64,000 nucleotides of DNA from Escherichia coli (GTDB taxonomy: Bacteria > Pseudomonadota > Gammaproteobacteria > Enterobacterales > Enterobacteriaceae), in the NCBI RefSeq assembly GCF_022846255.1, contig NZ_AP025682.1; one strand, written 5' to 3'. A program made the position numbers and the translations under genes. Shown here one piece after another: positions 1 to 12,906 of the stretch; positions within the stretch are counted from its first letter, which is position 1; each line of letters begins with the position of its first letter. The notes below the pieces were generated by a model, which saw nothing but the letters and a program-made list of their open reading frames with translations, had not been told where the DNA came from and ran no database searches.

Positions 1-159
1 CTCACCGCTGCCAATCAGTGCTCCCAGCCCCGCCATCAGCACCGTACCGGGTAGAATCAAACCGACCAGCGCCAGCGACTCCAGAAAGGCCACCAATAAC
101 ACCGCCATCAATGAATACACGGTAGATTGGGTAATAAAGTGTTCCAGCAATGCTTGCAT
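1..159 (-). CDS. yabI: YabI (DedA-family inner membrane protein), 5' portion only; gene continues beyond window start
   Basis: Minus-strand reading from ATG (rc of cat at 157-159) gives MQALLEHFITQSTVYSLMAVLLVAFLESLALVGLILPG..., matching recalled E. coli YabI N-terminus; 85 bp from native araC stop as in K-12. Confidence 0.85.
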   Translation of the reverse strand, partial: MQALLEHFITQSTVYSLMAVLLVAFLESLALVGLILPGTVLMAGLGALIGSGE

Positions 160-244
160 AATGTGCCTGTCAAATGGACGAAGCAGGGATTCTGCAAACC
201 CTATGCTACTCCGTCAAGCCGTCAATTATCTGATTCGTTACCAA

Positions 245-294
245 TTATGACAACTTGACGGCTACATCATTCACTTTTTCTTCACAACCGGCAC
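245..294 (-). pseudogene. araC: Displaced araC 3' remnant: last codons (..AGCEEKVNDVAVKLS) plus native TAA stop, separated from the araC body by an insertion
   Basis: rc of 245-294 = gtgccggttgtgaagaaaaagtgaatgatgtagccgtcaagttgtcataa, identical to the araC 3' end as recalled from K-12/pBAD; no upstream in-frame continuation. Confidence 0.8.
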
Positions 295-313
295 AAAAGA
301 CACCCTCTGCCTA

Positions 314-736
314 TCATTCGATAGTCTCAAAATATTCCACCTGCAGAGAATCACGGTGCTCAATGATGCAATAACGCTGGAAATTATTTGCATAATCACT
401 TTTATCATGAAAAAACCATATACAATCGTTTTGTAGACTCGGTCCCATTCTTTTCAAAAAATCTATTAGCTTTGCTTTCTGAAGAAAAATGTTATCTATA
501 TTTCGCCATGTAACAATCACTCTTGTTTGCATATCATCAACATTATAGTAATAGCTATACTCGGCTACGTTTGATATGTTTGGCAAATTTCGCAAACTCT
601 CTGGCGTATAAAGGAAAAATGGGGAAAGTTCATGCTGTGTATAGTGATGTTCCTTTGACATCAATGAGATATAAGCATAGAAAAATATAAAGAATAAAAC
701 TAAAAATGATAATAAAATATAAATATATTTTGACAT
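314..736 (-). CDS. Hypothetical protein, 140 aa, with N-terminal hydrophobic transmembrane/signal-anchor segment; candidate immunity or accessory membrane protein
   Basis: ORF track; N-terminus MSKYIYILLSFLVLFFIFFYAYISL is a clear hydrophobic helix; ATG lies 6 bp after stop of upstream ORF (operon-like); no homolog recognised. Confidence 0.6.
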   Translation of the reverse strand: MSKYIYILLSFLVLFFIFFYAYISLMSKEHHYTQHELSPFFLYTPESLRNLPNISNVAEYSYYYNVDDMQTRVIVTWRNIDNIFLQKAKLIDFLKRMGPSLQNDCIWFFHDKSDYANNFQRYCIIEHRDSLQVEYFETIE

Positions 737-742
737 CTCTAC

Positions 743-1594
743 TCACGACCTGTGCGGATAATGAGGGTTTAAGAAAAGAAAAAGCGGTCTTTCAAAGGGA
801 GATTCTGAAAACTTTATAGCTCCCGAACTTGATAATGAACTATACAACTCATGATTTATTCTGTTTTTATCTTTATAATAATTAGTAACAGGTCTATTAT
901 TATATTGATTATATAACAATGTTGAAAAAGACTCATCTAATGGCTTTATATAATTTAACCATTCTGGAAGCTTCTTTTTTATTAGTTGATTTTTTTTAAA
1001 AGGAGGATGGGTTGTAAATAAGAATGGCGTAAACTCAGTATTTTTAAAATTCCCTGGCGCTCCATATGTATCCCATATTTGTAAGGCTTTTGTGTAAGAT
1101 AAAGGTTTTGCCAATAAAAGTGGATCGGGGCCTGTTCCAAATACACGATAAAAACCAATCAAGTCTGAGACTAAATCTTCTGCACTAAATCCGCTATCAG
1201 TATACCAGTTAAAAATAAATGAGTTTTGCCATGCTTCAAACCTCTTCGCAGTTCCATACATTAACGTTAAGGCAACTCTTGCTTTAAGAGTGGGTGAAAG
1301 ACATGAACGAACCATAACCTTCGTATAAACACCGGTATGAAATGTAAGATCTACTCCTAATATTTTTTTCCGAATTCCCATTTCCTGATGATAATCAACA
1401 GGAAAATACCAATCATGAAATTCATCGTAATATGTTGAAAAATGTTCTTGCTCCAATTTTCTTTTTAATATTCTGGCATCTTGTCCCTGAGCATGCCCCA
1501 AATCGATCCAACCTAACTCTTCGGTATAAACTAATCCATACTTTTTCGTTGTTGCAAATATTCCATCAGTAATATCGTTACGTTTTCTCATCAC
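743..1594 (-). CDS. Hypothetical protein ~282 aa (likely true start ATG at 1591 preceded by GAGGGGAG Shine-Dalgarno); no signal peptide; family not recognised
   Basis: ORF track (283 aa from GTG at 1594, ATG one codon downstream); rc upstream reads ...ttgaggggagattgtgatgaga; AT-rich codon usage atypical for E. coli core genes. Confidence 0.6.
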   Translation of the reverse strand: MMRKRNDITDGIFATTKKYGLVYTEELGWIDLGHAQGQDARILKRKLEQEHFSTYYDEFHDWYFPVDYHQEMGIRKKILGVDLTFHTGVYTKVMVRSCLSPTLKARVALTLMYGTAKRFEAWQNSFIFNWYTDSGFSAEDLVSDLIGFYRVFGTGPDPLLLAKPLSYTKALQIWDTYGAPGNFKNTEFTPFLFTTHPPFKKNQLIKKKLPEWLNYIKPLDESFSTLLYNQYNNRPVTNYYKDKNRINHELYSSLSSSGAIKFSESPFERPLFLFLNPHYPHRS

Positions 1595-2071
1595 AATCTC
1601 CCCTCAAAAAAAACGTATAGCAAATAATATCAATAAGGAAAAATATTATTTTTCAATATTTTTTTGTATACAATTCATTTTATGAATGAATTTACAAAGA
1701 TAGCTGCGCCTGATGCCGCTACACTTTTGCCAGACCATGTTCTCCTCTGAGGGAGTAACTGGCGTTTTTCATAGAATGCCGTACTTTTTTCAACAACTGC
1801 CACATCGAACGGCATTTATGGTGGCGTGAAGTGCCTGCCATAACCGCTCAATGTGGTGTTCCTACGATGAACAAACCGCTTGATATATTCTCCTGATGCA
1901 ACCGGACAATATGTTCATGATGGGTATCCCGATACATAAGCCTTCGTTTTATTTTTACAAAAAGAAATCGTTGTCGATATTTTATCAAGAAAAAAAATAA
2001 TTCAGGTAAAACGATTCAACTAAAAATAACTAAAATTAATCCCCCGTGAAATATATAAATAACGTCAGATG

Positions 2072-2104
2072 AAGAAAGCAAGGGGGTTCCCCCCCTTCTT
2101 TCTT
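2072..2104 (-). terminator. GC-rich imperfect inverted repeat (aagaaag..ggggg tt ccccccc..ctttctt) immediately 3' of the new araC stop; possible bidirectional terminator or insertion end structure
   Basis: Seen in sequence: gaagaaagcaagggggttcccccccttctttctt; flanked by T-rich tracts. Confidence 0.35.
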
Positions 2105-2105
2105 A

Positions 2106-2951
2106 TTATTCACAACCTGCCCTAAACTCGCTCGGACTCGCCCCGGTGCATTTTTTAAATACTCGCGAGAAATAGAGTTGATCATCAAAACCGACATTGC
2201 GACCGACGGTGGCGATAGGCATCCGGGTGGTGCTCAAAAGCAGCTTCGCCTGACTGATGCGCTGGTCCTCGCGCCAGCTTAATACGCTAATCCCTAACTG
2301 CTGGCGGAACAAATGCGACAGACGCGACGGCGACAGGCAGACATGCTGTGCGACGCTGGCGATATCAAAATTACTGTCTGCCAGGTGATCGCTGATGTAC
2401 TGACAAGCCTCGCGTACCCGATTATCCATCGGTGGATGGAGCGACTCGTTAATCGCTTCCATGCGCCGCAGTAACAATTGCTCAAGCAGATTTATCGCCA
2501 GCAATTCCGAATAGCGCCCTTCCCCTTGTCCGGCATTAATGATTTGCCCAAACAGGTCGCTGAAATGCGGCTGGTGCGCTTCATCCGGGCGAAAGAAACC
2601 GGTATTGGCAAATATCGACGGCCAGTTAAGCCATTCATGCCAGTAGGCGCGCGGACGAAAGTAAACCCACTGGTGATACCATTCGTGAGCCTCCGGATGA
2701 CGACCGTAGTGATGAATCTCTCCAGGCGGGAACAGCAAAATATCACCCGGTCGGCAGACAAATTCTCGTCCCTGATTTTTCACCACCCCCTGGCCGCGTA
2801 TGGTGAGATTGAGAATATAACCTTTCATTCCCAGCGGTCGGTCGATAAAAAAATCGAGATAACCGTTGGCCTCAATCGGCGTTAAACCCGCCACCAGATG
2901 GGCGTTAAACGAGTATCCCGGCAGCAGGGGATCATTTTGCGCTTCAGCCAT
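2106..2951 (-). CDS. araC: AraC arabinose regulator, C-terminally truncated (281 aa; ends ..[12 protein letters not shown] instead of ..AGCEEKVNDVAVKLS)
   Basis: ORF track translation from [23 protein letters not shown]... matches AraC; stop TAA at 2106-2108 is supplied by the inserted sequence. Confidence 0.93.
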   Translation of the reverse strand: MAEAQNDPLLPGYSFNAHLVAGLTPIEANGYLDFFIDRPLGMKGYILNLTIRGQGVVKNQGREFVCRPGDILLFPPGEIHHYGRHPEAHEWYHQWVYFRPRAYWHEWLNWPSIFANTGFFRPDEAHQPHFSDLFGQIINAGQGEGRYSELLAINLLEQLLLRRMEAINESLHPPMDNRVREACQYISDHLADSNFDIASVAQHVCLSPSRLSHLFRQQLGISVLSWREDQRISQAKLLLSTTRMPIATVGRNVGFDDQLYFSRVFKKCTGASPSEFRAGCE

Positions 2952-4990
<2,039 letters not shown>

Positions 4991-5000
4991 GGACACGACA

Positions 5001-6503
5001 ATGACGATTTTTGATAATTATGAAGTGTGGTTTGTAATTGGCAGCCAGCATCTTTACGGCCCGGAGACTCTGCGCCAGGTGACGCAACATGCGGAACACG
5101 TTGTTAATGCACTGAATACAGAAGCGAAGTTGCCCTGCAAACTGGTGCTGAAACCGCTGGGCACCACGCCGGATGAAATCACCGCTATTTGCCGCGACGC
5201 GAATTACGACGATCGTTGCGCCGGGCTGGTAGTGTGGCTGCACACTTTCTCCCCGGCCAAAATGTGGATCAACGGCCTGACCATGCTCAACAAACCGTTG
5301 CTGCAATTCCACACCCAGTTCAACGCGGCGCTGCCGTGGGACAGCATCGACATGGACTTTATGAACCTGAACCAGACCGCGCATGGCGGTCGCGAGTTCG
5401 GCTTCATCGGCGCGCGTATGCGTCAACAACATGCCGTCGTTACCGGTCACTGGCAGGATAAACAAGCACATGAGCGTATCGGCTCCTGGATGCGTCAGGC
5501 GGTCTCTAAACAGGATACCCGTCATCTGAAAGTCTGCCGTTTTGGCGATAACATGCGTGAAGTAGCGGTCACCGATGGCGATAAAGTTGCCGCACAGATC
5601 AAGTTCGGTTTCTCCGTCAATACCTGGGCGGTTGGCGATCTGGTGCAGGTGGTGAACTCCATCAGCGACGGCGATGTTAACGCGCTGGTCGATGAGTACG
5701 AAAGCTGCTACACCATGACACCTGCCACACAAATCCACGGCGAAAAACGACAGAACGTGCTGGAAGCGGCGCGTATTGAGCTGGGGATGAAGCGTTTCCT
5801 GGAACAAGGTGGCTTCCACGCTTTCACTACTACCTTTGAAGATTTGCACGGCCTGAAACAGCTTCCGGGTCTGGCCGTACAGCGTCTGATGCAGCAGGGC
5901 TACGGCTTTGCGGGCGAAGGCGACTGGAAAACTGCCGCCCTGCTTCGCATCATGAAGGTGATGTCAACCGGTCTGCAGGGCGGCACCTCCTTTATGGAGG
6001 ACTACACCTATCACTTCGAGAAAGGTAATGACCTGGTACTCGGCTCCCATATGCTGGAAGTCTGTCCGTCGATCGCTGTGGAAGAGAAACCGATCCTCGA
6101 CGTTCAGCATCTCGGTATTGGCGGTAAAGACGATCCTGCCCGCCTGATCTTCAACACTCAAACCGGTCCAGCCATTGTCGCCAGCCTGATTGATCTCGGC
6201 GATCGTTACCGTCTGCTGGTTAACTGCATCGACACGGTGAAAACACCGCACTCCCTGCCGAAACTGCCGGTGGCGAATGCGCTGTGGAAAGCGCAACCGG
6301 ATCTACCAACCGCTTCCGAAGCGTGGATCCTTGCTGGTGGCGCGCACCATACCGTCTTCAGCCATGCGCTGAACCTCAACGATATGCGCCAGTTTGCCGA
6401 GATGCACGACATTGAAATCACGGTGATTGATAACGACACCCGCCTGCCAGCGTTTAAAGACGCGCTGCGCTGGAACGAAGTGTATTACGGGTTTCGTCGC
6501 TAA
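5001..6503 (+). CDS. araA: L-arabinose isomerase
   Basis: 500 aa [30 protein letters not shown]..., matches AraA. Confidence 0.96.
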
Positions 6504-6509
6504 GTAGCC

Positions 6510-6695
6510 GCATCAGGTATGTAACGCCTGATGCGACGCTGACGCGTCTTATCAGGCCTACACGCTGCGATTTTGTAGGCCGGATAAGCAAAGCGCATCC
6601 GGCATTCACCGCCTGATGCGACGCCGACGCGTCTTATCAGGCCTACACGCTGCGATTTTGTAGGCCGGATAAGCAAAGCGCATCCGGCACGAAGG
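6510..6695. repeat. REP/BIME cluster (two tandem copies of ~75-bp unit with gccggatgcg-type palindromes)
   Basis: Direct repeat of tgatgcgacgc(t/c)gacgcgtcttatcaggcctacacgctgcgattttgtaggccggataagcaaagcgcatccggca seen twice. Confidence 0.85.
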
Positions 6696-6702
6696 AGTCA
6701 AC

Positions 6703-7398
6703 ATGTTAGAAGATCTCAAACGCCAGGTATTAGAAGCCAACCTGGCGCTGCCAAAACACAACCTGGTCACGCTCACCTGGGGCAATGTCAGCGCCGTTGA
6801 TCGCGGGCGCGGCGTCCTGGTGATCAAACCTTCCGGCGTCGACTACAGCATCATGACCGCTGACGATATGGTCGTGGTCAGCATCGAAACCGGTGAAGTG
6901 GTTGAAGGTACGAAAAAGCCCTCCTCCGACACGCCAACTCACCGGCTGCTCTATCAGGCATTCCCGTCTATTGGCGGCATTGTGCACACACACTCGCGCC
7001 ACGCCACCATCTGGGCGCAGGCGGGTCAGTCGATTCCAGCAACCGGTACCACCCACGCCGACTATTTCTACGGCACCATTCCCTGCACCCGCAAAATGAC
7101 CGACGCAGAAATCAACGGTGAATATGAGTGGGAAACCGGTAACGTCATCGTAGAAACCTTCGAAAAACAGGGTATCGATGCAGCGCAAATGCCCGGCGTG
7201 CTGGTCCATTCTCACGGCCCGTTTGCATGGGGCAAAAATGCCGAAGATGCGGTGCACAACGCCATCGTGCTGGAAGAAGTCGCTTATATGGGGATTTTCT
7301 GCCGCCAGCTTGCTCCGCAGTTACCGGATATGCAGCAAACGTTGCTGGATAAGCACTATCTGCGTAAGCATGGCGCAAAAGCCTATTACGGCCAGTAA
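6703..7398 (+). CDS. araD: L-ribulose-5-phosphate 4-epimerase
   Basis: 231 aa [41 protein letters not shown]... Confidence 0.96.
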   Translation: MLEDLKRQVLEANLALPKHNLVTLTWGNVSAVDRGRGVLVIKPSGVDYSIMTADDMVVVSIETGEVVEGTKKPSSDTPTHRLLYQAFPSIGGIVHTHSRHATIWAQAGQSIPATGTTHADYFYGTIPCTRKMTDAEINGEYEWETGNVIVETFEKQGIDAAQMPGVLVHSHGPFAWGKNAEDAVHNAIVLEEVAYMGIFCRQLAPQLPDMQQTLLDKHYLRKHGAKAYYGQ

Positions 7399-7401
7399 TG
7401 A

Positions 7402-7417
7402 CTGTATAAAACCACAG
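7402..7417 (+). promoter_or_regulatory. LexA (SOS) box CTGTATAAAACCACAG upstream of polB
   Basis: CTGT-N8-ACAG consensus seen directly; polB (dinA) is a known SOS gene. Confidence 0.7.
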
Positions 7418-7432
7418 CCAGTCAACCAAAAC

Positions 7433-7459
7433 CAGGCTATACTCAAGCCTGGTTTTTTA
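7433..7459 (+). terminator. Rho-independent terminator after araD (ccaggct..agcctgg + T-run)
   Basis: Hairpin ccaggctatactcaagcctgg followed by tttttt. Confidence 0.65.
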
Positions 7460-7472
7460 TTGGATTTTCAGC

Positions 7473-9824
7473 GTGGCGCAGGCAGGTTTTATCTTAACCC
7501 GACACTGGCGGGACACCCCACAAGGGACCGAAGTTTCCTTCTGGCTGGCAACAGACAACGGGCCGTTGCAGGTTACGCTTGCGCCGCAAGAGTCCGTGGC
7601 ATTTATTCCCGCCGATCATGTTCCCCGCGCTCAGCATATTTTGCAGGGTGAACAAGGCTTTCGCCTGACGCCGCTGGCGTTAAAAGATTTTCACCGCCAG
7701 CCGGTGTATGGCCTTTACTGTCGCGCCCATCGCCAGTTGATGAATTACGAAAAGCGCCTGCGTGAAGGTGGCGTTACCGTCTACGAGGCCGATGTGCGCC
7801 CGCCAGAACGCTATCTGATGGAGCGGTTTATCACCTCGCCAGTGTGGGTCGAGGGTGATATGCGCAACGGCGCTATCGTTAATGCCCGTCTGAAACCGCA
7901 TCCCGACTATCGTCCGCCGCTCAAGTGGGTTTCTATTGATATTGAAACCACCCGCCACGGTGAGCTGTACTGCATCGGCCTGGAAGGTTGCGGGCAGCGT
8001 ATCGTTTATATGCTGGGGCCAGAGAATGGCGACGCCTCCGCGCTCGATTTTGAACTGGAATACGTCGCCAGCCGCCCGCTGCTACTGGAAAAACTTAACG
8101 CCTGGTTTGCGACTCATGATCCTGATGTGATCATCGGTTGGAACGTGGTGCAGTTCGATCTGCGAATGCTGCAAAAACATGCCGAGCGTTACCGTATTCC
8201 GCTGCGTCTGGGGCGTGATAACAGCGAGCTGGAGTGGCGCGAGCACGGCTTTAAAAACGGCGTATTTTTTGCTCAGGCCAAAGGGCGACTGATTATCGAC
8301 GGTATCGAGGCGCTGAAATCCGCGTTCTGGAATTTCTCTTCATTCTCGCTGGAAACCGTCGCTCAGGAGTTATTAGGCGAAGGAAAATCTATCGATAACC
8401 CGTGGGATCGAATGGACGAAATTGACCGCCGTTTCGCCGAAGATAAGCCTGCGCTGGCAACTTATAACCTGAAAGATTGCGAGCTGGTGACGCAGATCTT
8501 CCACAAAACTGAAATCATGCCGTTTTTGCTCGAACGGGCGACGGTGAACGGCCTGCCGGTAGATCGACACGGCGGTTCGGTGGCAGCGTTTGGTCATCTC
8601 TATTTTCCCCGTATGCATCGCGCTGGTTATGTCGCGCCTAATCTCGGCGAAGTGCCGCCGCACGCCAGCCCTGGCGGCTACGTGATGGATTCGCGACCTG
8701 GGCTTTATGATTCGGTGCTGGTGCTGGACTACAAAAGCCTGTACCCGTCGATCATCCGCACCTTTCTGATTGATCCCGTCGGACTGGTGGAAGGCATGGC
8801 GCAGCCTGATCCAGAGCACAGTACCGAAGGTTTTCTCGATGCCTGGTTCTCACGGGAGAAACATTGCCTGCCGGAGATTGTGACTAACATCTGGCACGGG
8901 CGCGATGAAGCCAAACGTCAGAGTAATAAGCCGCTTTCGCAGGCGCTGAAGATCATTATGAATGCCTTTTATGGTGTGCTCGGCACCACCGCCTGCCGTT
9001 TCTTCGATCCACGCCTGGCATCGTCGATCACCATGCGTGGTCATCAGATCATGCGGCAAACCAAAACGTTGATTGAAGCGCAGGGCTATGATGTTATCTA
9101 CGGCGATACCGACTCAACGTTTGTCTGGCTGAAAGGTGCACATTCGGAAGAAGAAGCAGCGAAAATCGGTCGTGCACTGGTGCAGCACGTTAACGCCTGG
9201 TGGGCGGAAACGCTGCAAAAACAACGGCTGACCAGCGCACTGGAACTGGAGTATGAAACCCATTTCTGCCGTTTTCTGATGCCAACCATTCGCGGGGCCG
9301 ATACCGGCAGCAAAAAGCGCTACGCCGGACTGATTCAGGAGGGCGACAAACAGCGGATGGTGTTTAAAGGGCTGGAAACCGTGCGCACCGACTGGACGCC
9401 GCTGGCCCAGCAGTTTCAGCAGGAGCTGTACCTGCGTATCTTCCGCAACGAGCCATATCAGGAATACGTGCGCGAAACCATCGACAAGCTGATGGCGGGC
9501 GAACTGGACACGCAGCTGGTTTACCGTAAACGCCTTCGCCGTCCTCTGAGCGAATATCAGCGTAATGTTCCGCCTCATGTACGCGCCGCTCGCCTTGCCG
9601 ATGAAGAAAACCATAAGCGCGGTCGCCCCTTGCAATATCAGAACCGCGGCACCATTAAGTACGTATGGACCACCAACGGCCCGGAGCCGCTGGACTACCA
9701 ACGTTCACCACTGGATTACGAACACTATCTGACCCGCCAGCTACAACCCGTGGCGGAGGGAATACTCCCTTTTATTGAGGATAATTTTGCTACACTTATG
9801 ACCGGGCAACTTGGGCTATTTTGA
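7473..9824 (+). CDS. polB: DNA polymerase II (GTG start)
   Basis: 783 aa [39 protein letters not shown]..., length and sequence match PolB. Confidence 0.96.
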   Translation: MAQAGFILTRHWRDTPQGTEVSFWLATDNGPLQVTLAPQESVAFIPADHVPRAQHILQGEQGFRLTPLALKDFHRQPVYGLYCRAHRQLMNYEKRLREGGVTVYEADVRPPERYLMERFITSPVWVEGDMRNGAIVNARLKPHPDYRPPLKWVSIDIETTRHGELYCIGLEGCGQRIVYMLGPENGDASALDFELEYVASRPLLLEKLNAWFATHDPDVIIGWNVVQFDLRMLQKHAERYRIPLRLGRDNSELEWREHGFKNGVFFAQAKGRLIIDGIEALKSAFWNFSSFSLETVAQELLGEGKSIDNPWDRMDEIDRRFAEDKPALATYNLKDCELVTQIFHKTEIMPFLLERATVNGLPVDRHGGSVAAFGHLYFPRMHRAGYVAPNLGEVPPHASPGGYVMDSRPGLYDSVLVLDYKSLYPSIIRTFLIDPVGLVEGMAQPDPEHSTEGFLDAWFSREKHCLPEIVTNIWHGRDEAKRQSNKPLSQALKIIMNAFYGVLGTTACRFFDPRLASSITMRGHQIMRQTKTLIEAQGYDVIYGDTDSTFVWLKGAHSEEEAAKIGRALVQHVNAWWAETLQKQRLTSALELEYETHFCRFLMPTIRGADTGSKKRYAGLIQEGDKQRMVFKGLETVRTDWTPLAQQFQQELYLRIFRNEPYQEYVRETIDKLMAGELDTQLVYRKRLRRPLSEYQRNVPPHVRAARLADEENHKRGRPLQYQNRGTIKYVWTTNGPEPLDYQRSPLDYEHYLTRQLQPVAEGILPFIEDNFATLMTGQLGLF

Positions 9825-9988
9825 GCAAAAAAAAGAGTTCGCCAGATACCATTTTGATGCGTGACGAATGCTTTGCCATCCAGTACCATAGCGCCCTTTC
9901 CATTCCTGGACCTGAATAACACCACTACCTCATAAGCACGGTAGCGGGTGGTTATTGCCTGCAATTAAAGATATAGAGCCGAACACAT

Positions 9989-12895
9989 ATGCCTTTTACA
10001 CTTGGTCAACGCTGGATCAGCGATACAGAAAGCGAATTGGGACTTGGAACCGTTGTCGCGGTGGATGCGCGAACTGTCACTTTACTTTTCCCATCTACTG
10101 GTGAAAACCGTCTGTACGCACGCAGTGATTCCCCCGTGACCCGCGTGATGTTCAACCCTGGTGATACCATTACCAGCCATGACGGCTGGCAGATGCAAGT
10201 CGAAGAAGTAAAAGAAGAAAATGGCTTGCTGACCTATATCGGTACTCGCCTTGATACTGAAGAGTCCGGCGTAGCCCTGCGTGAAGTTTTCCTTGATAGC
10301 AAACTGGTGTTCAGCAAACCGCAGGACCGTCTGTTTGCCGGGCAGATTGACCGTATGGACCGCTTTGCGCTGCGTTATCGCGCGCGTAAGTATTCCAGCG
10401 AACAGTTCCGTATGCCGTACAGCGGCCTGCGCGGTCAGCGTACCAGCCTGATCCCGCACCAGCTCAACATCGCTCATGATGTTGGTCGCCGCCACGCGCC
10501 GCGCGTCCTGCTGGCTGACGAAGTGGGTTTAGGGAAAACCATTGAAGCCGGGATGATCCTGCATCAGCAACTGCTCTCTGGCGCTGCTGAACGTGTGCTG
10601 ATTATCGTCCCGGAAACCTTACAGCATCAGTGGCTGGTAGAAATGCTGCGCCGTTTCAACCTGCGCTTTGCTCTGTTTGATGATGAGCGTTATGCCGAAG
10701 CTCAGCACGATGCTTACAACCCGTTCGATACCGAACAGCTGGTTATTTGCTCGCTGGATTTTGCCCGTCGTAGCAAACAGCGTCTGGAACATCTCTGTGA
10801 AGCCGAGTGGGATCTACTGGTGGTCGATGAAGCGCATCACCTGGTGTGGAGCGAAGATGCGCCGAGCCGTGAATATCAGGCCATTGAACAACTGGCAGAG
10901 CACGTGCCCGGCGTTCTGCTGCTGACCGCAACCCCGGAACAACTGGGGATGGAAAGCCACTTCGCCCGTCTGCGTCTGCTGGACCCGAACCGTTTCCACG
11001 ATTTTGCGCAATTCGTTGAAGAGCAGAAAAATTATCGTCCGGTTGCGGACGCCGTTGCCATGCTGCTGGCTGGTAACAAACTCAGCAATGACGAACTGAA
11101 CATGCTCGGTGAGATGATCGGCGAGCAGGATATCGAGCCGCTGTTGCAAGCAGCAAACAGCGACAGCGAAGATGCCCAGAGCGCCCGTCAGGAACTGGTT
11201 TCGATGCTGATGGATCGCCACGGTACCAGCCGCGTGCTGTTCCGTAACACCCGTAACGGTGTGAAAGGCTTCCCGAAACGCGAGCTGCATACTATTAAGC
11301 TGCCACTGCCGACGCAGTATCAGACCGCTATTAAAGTCTCCGGCATTATGGGCGCACGTAAAAGTGCGGAAGATCGCGCTCGCGATATGCTCTACCCGGA
11401 GCGTATTTATCAGGAATTTGAAGGCGATAACGCCACCTGGTGGAACTTCGATCCGCGCGTTGAGTGGCTGATGGGCTACCTGACCAGCCATCGCTCTCAG
11501 AAAGTGCTGGTGATCTGCGCCAAAGCGGCCACTGCGCTGCAACTGGAGCAGGTACTGCGCGAACGTGAAGGTATTCGCGCCGCAGTGTTCCACGAAGGCA
11601 TGTCGATTATCGAACGTGACCGCGCTGCCGCCTGGTTTGCCGAAGAAGACACCGGCGCACAGGTACTGCTGTGCTCGGAAATCGGTTCTGAAGGACGTAA
11701 CTTCCAGTTCGCCAGCCACATGGTGATGTTTGACCTGCCATTCAACCCGGATCTGCTGGAGCAGCGTATTGGTCGTCTGGATCGTATCGGTCAGGCGCAC
11801 GATATTCAGATCCATGTGCCTTATCTGGAAAAAACGGCTCAGTCGGTGCTGGTGCGCTGGTATCACGAAGGTCTGGATGCATTCGAGCACACCTGCCCGA
11901 CCGGACGCACTATTTACGATAGCGTATACAACGATCTGATTAACTATCTGGCCTCGCCGGATGAGACCGAAGGCTTTGACGATCTGATCAAAAACTGCCG
12001 CGAGCAGCATGAAGCGCTGAAAGCACAACTGGAACAGGGGCGTGACCGCCTGTTGGAGATCCACTCCAACGGTGGCGAAAAAGCCCAGGCACTGGCAGAA
12101 AGCATTGAAGAGCAGGATGACGATACCAACCTGATCGCCTTCGCCATGAACCTGTTCGATATTATCGGTATCAATCAGGACGATCGCGGCGACAACATGA
12201 TCGTACTGACGCCGTCCGATCATATGCTGGTGCCGGACTTCCCTGGCCTGTCGGAAGACGGTATTACCATCACCTTTGATCGTGAAGTGGCGCTGGCGCG
12301 TGAAGATGCGCAGTTTATTACCTGGGAGCATCCGCTGATCCGCAACGGTCTGGATCTGATCCTTTCTGGCGATACCGGTAGCAGCACGATTTCACTGTTG
12401 AAAAACAAAGCGTTGCCGGTAGGTACGCTGTTGGTGGAACTGATTTATGTGGTTGAAGCCCAGGCTCCGAAGCAGTTGCAGCTCAACCGCTTCCTGCCAC
12501 CGACGCCGGTACGTATGCTGCTGGATAAAAACGGCAACAACCTGGCGGCGCAGGTAGAGTTTGAAACCTTTAACCGCCAGCTTAACGCGGTTAACCGTCA
12601 CACCGGCAGCAAGCTGGTTAACGCGGTGCAGCAGGATGTTCACGCTATCCTTCAGCTGGGGGAAGCGCAGATCGAGAAATCTGCCCGTGCATTGATTGAT
12701 GCAGCGCGTAACGAAGCCGACGAAAAACTGTCTGCCGAGCTGTCTCGTCTGGAAGCGCTGCGTGCAGTTAACCCGAACATTCGGGACGACGAACTGACCG
12801 CCATTGAGAGCAACCGTCAGCAGGTAATGGAAAGCCTGGATCAGGCAGGCTGGCGTCTGGATGCCCTGCGTTTGATCGTTGTGACGCATCAGTAA
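9989..12895 (+). CDS. rapA: RNA polymerase-associated Swi2/Snf2 ATPase RapA (HepA)
   Basis: 968 aa [33 protein letters not shown]...; helicase motifs GLGKT, DEAH. Confidence 0.96.
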   Translation: MPFTLGQRWISDTESELGLGTVVAVDARTVTLLFPSTGENRLYARSDSPVTRVMFNPGDTITSHDGWQMQVEEVKEENGLLTYIGTRLDTEESGVALREVFLDSKLVFSKPQDRLFAGQIDRMDRFALRYRARKYSSEQFRMPYSGLRGQRTSLIPHQLNIAHDVGRRHAPRVLLADEVGLGKTIEAGMILHQQLLSGAAERVLIIVPETLQHQWLVEMLRRFNLRFALFDDERYAEAQHDAYNPFDTEQLVICSLDFARRSKQRLEHLCEAEWDLLVVDEAHHLVWSEDAPSREYQAIEQLAEHVPGVLLLTATPEQLGMESHFARLRLLDPNRFHDFAQFVEEQKNYRPVADAVAMLLAGNKLSNDELNMLGEMIGEQDIEPLLQAANSDSEDAQSARQELVSMLMDRHGTSRVLFRNTRNGVKGFPKRELHTIKLPLPTQYQTAIKVSGIMGARKSAEDRARDMLYPERIYQEFEGDNATWWNFDPRVEWLMGYLTSHRSQKVLVICAKAATALQLEQVLREREGIRAAVFHEGMSIIERDRAAAWFAEEDTGAQVLLCSEIGSEGRNFQFASHMVMFDLPFNPDLLEQRIGRLDRIGQAHDIQIHVPYLEKTAQSVLVRWYHEGLDAFEHTCPTGRTIYDSVYNDLINYLASPDETEGFDDLIKNCREQHEALKAQLEQGRDRLLEIHSNGGEKAQALAESIEEQDDDTNLIAFAMNLFDIIGINQDDRGDNMIVLTPSDHMLVPDFPGLSEDGITITFDREVALAREDAQFITWEHPLIRNGLDLILSGDTGSSTISLLKNKALPVGTLLVELIYVVEAQAPKQLQLNRFLPPTPVRMLLDKNGNNLAAQVEFETFNRQLNAVNRHTGSKLVNAVQQDVHAILQLGEAQIEKSARALIDAARNEADEKLSAELSRLEALRAVNPNIRDDELTAIESNRQQVMESLDQAGWRLDALRLIVVTHQ

Positions 12896-12906
12896 CGGAG
12901 CCGAAG

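Larger units (their letters stand above)
295..2108. other. Strain-specific AT-rich insertion (~1.8 kb) inside araC 3' end; carries two co-oriented ORFs and a ~500 bp non-coding leader; no transposase or integrase
   Basis: Native araC sequence stops matching at ~294 and resumes at ~2109; 9-bp direct repeat TTCACAACC at 281-289 and 2109-2117; composition visibly AT-rich versus flanks. Confidence 0.75.

Noticed and set aside
295-2108. Insertion in araC as a conventional IS element or transposon
   Set aside because: No transposase or integrase ORF, no terminal inverted repeats that I could find, and the flanking 9-bp repeat is followed by divergent bases on one side; treated as an islet of unknown insertion mechanism.
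2478-2885. 135-aa plus-strand ORF (and 2294-2485, 2492-2761 minus-strand ORFs) inside araC
   Set aside because: Embedded in or antisense to the araC coding sequence; alternative frames of a verified gene.
6510-6695. Tandem palindromic repeats that could be mistaken for a CRISPR array or IS ends
   Set aside because: Units are imperfect REP/BIME palindromes (gccggatgcg / cgcatccggc type) found at several operon ends in this window (13590, 33185, 37648, 46640); no unique spacers and no cas genes.
10814-12331. 505-aa ORF on the minus strand inside rapA (similar long antisense ORFs at 39278-41191 inside carB, 4692-5849 across araB/araA, 49010-50035 inside ileS)
   Set aside because: These lie entirely antisense to well-supported conserved genes, have Arg/Gly/Val-rich low-complexity translations typical of antisense frames of GC-rich coding DNA, and show no independent start or RBS context.
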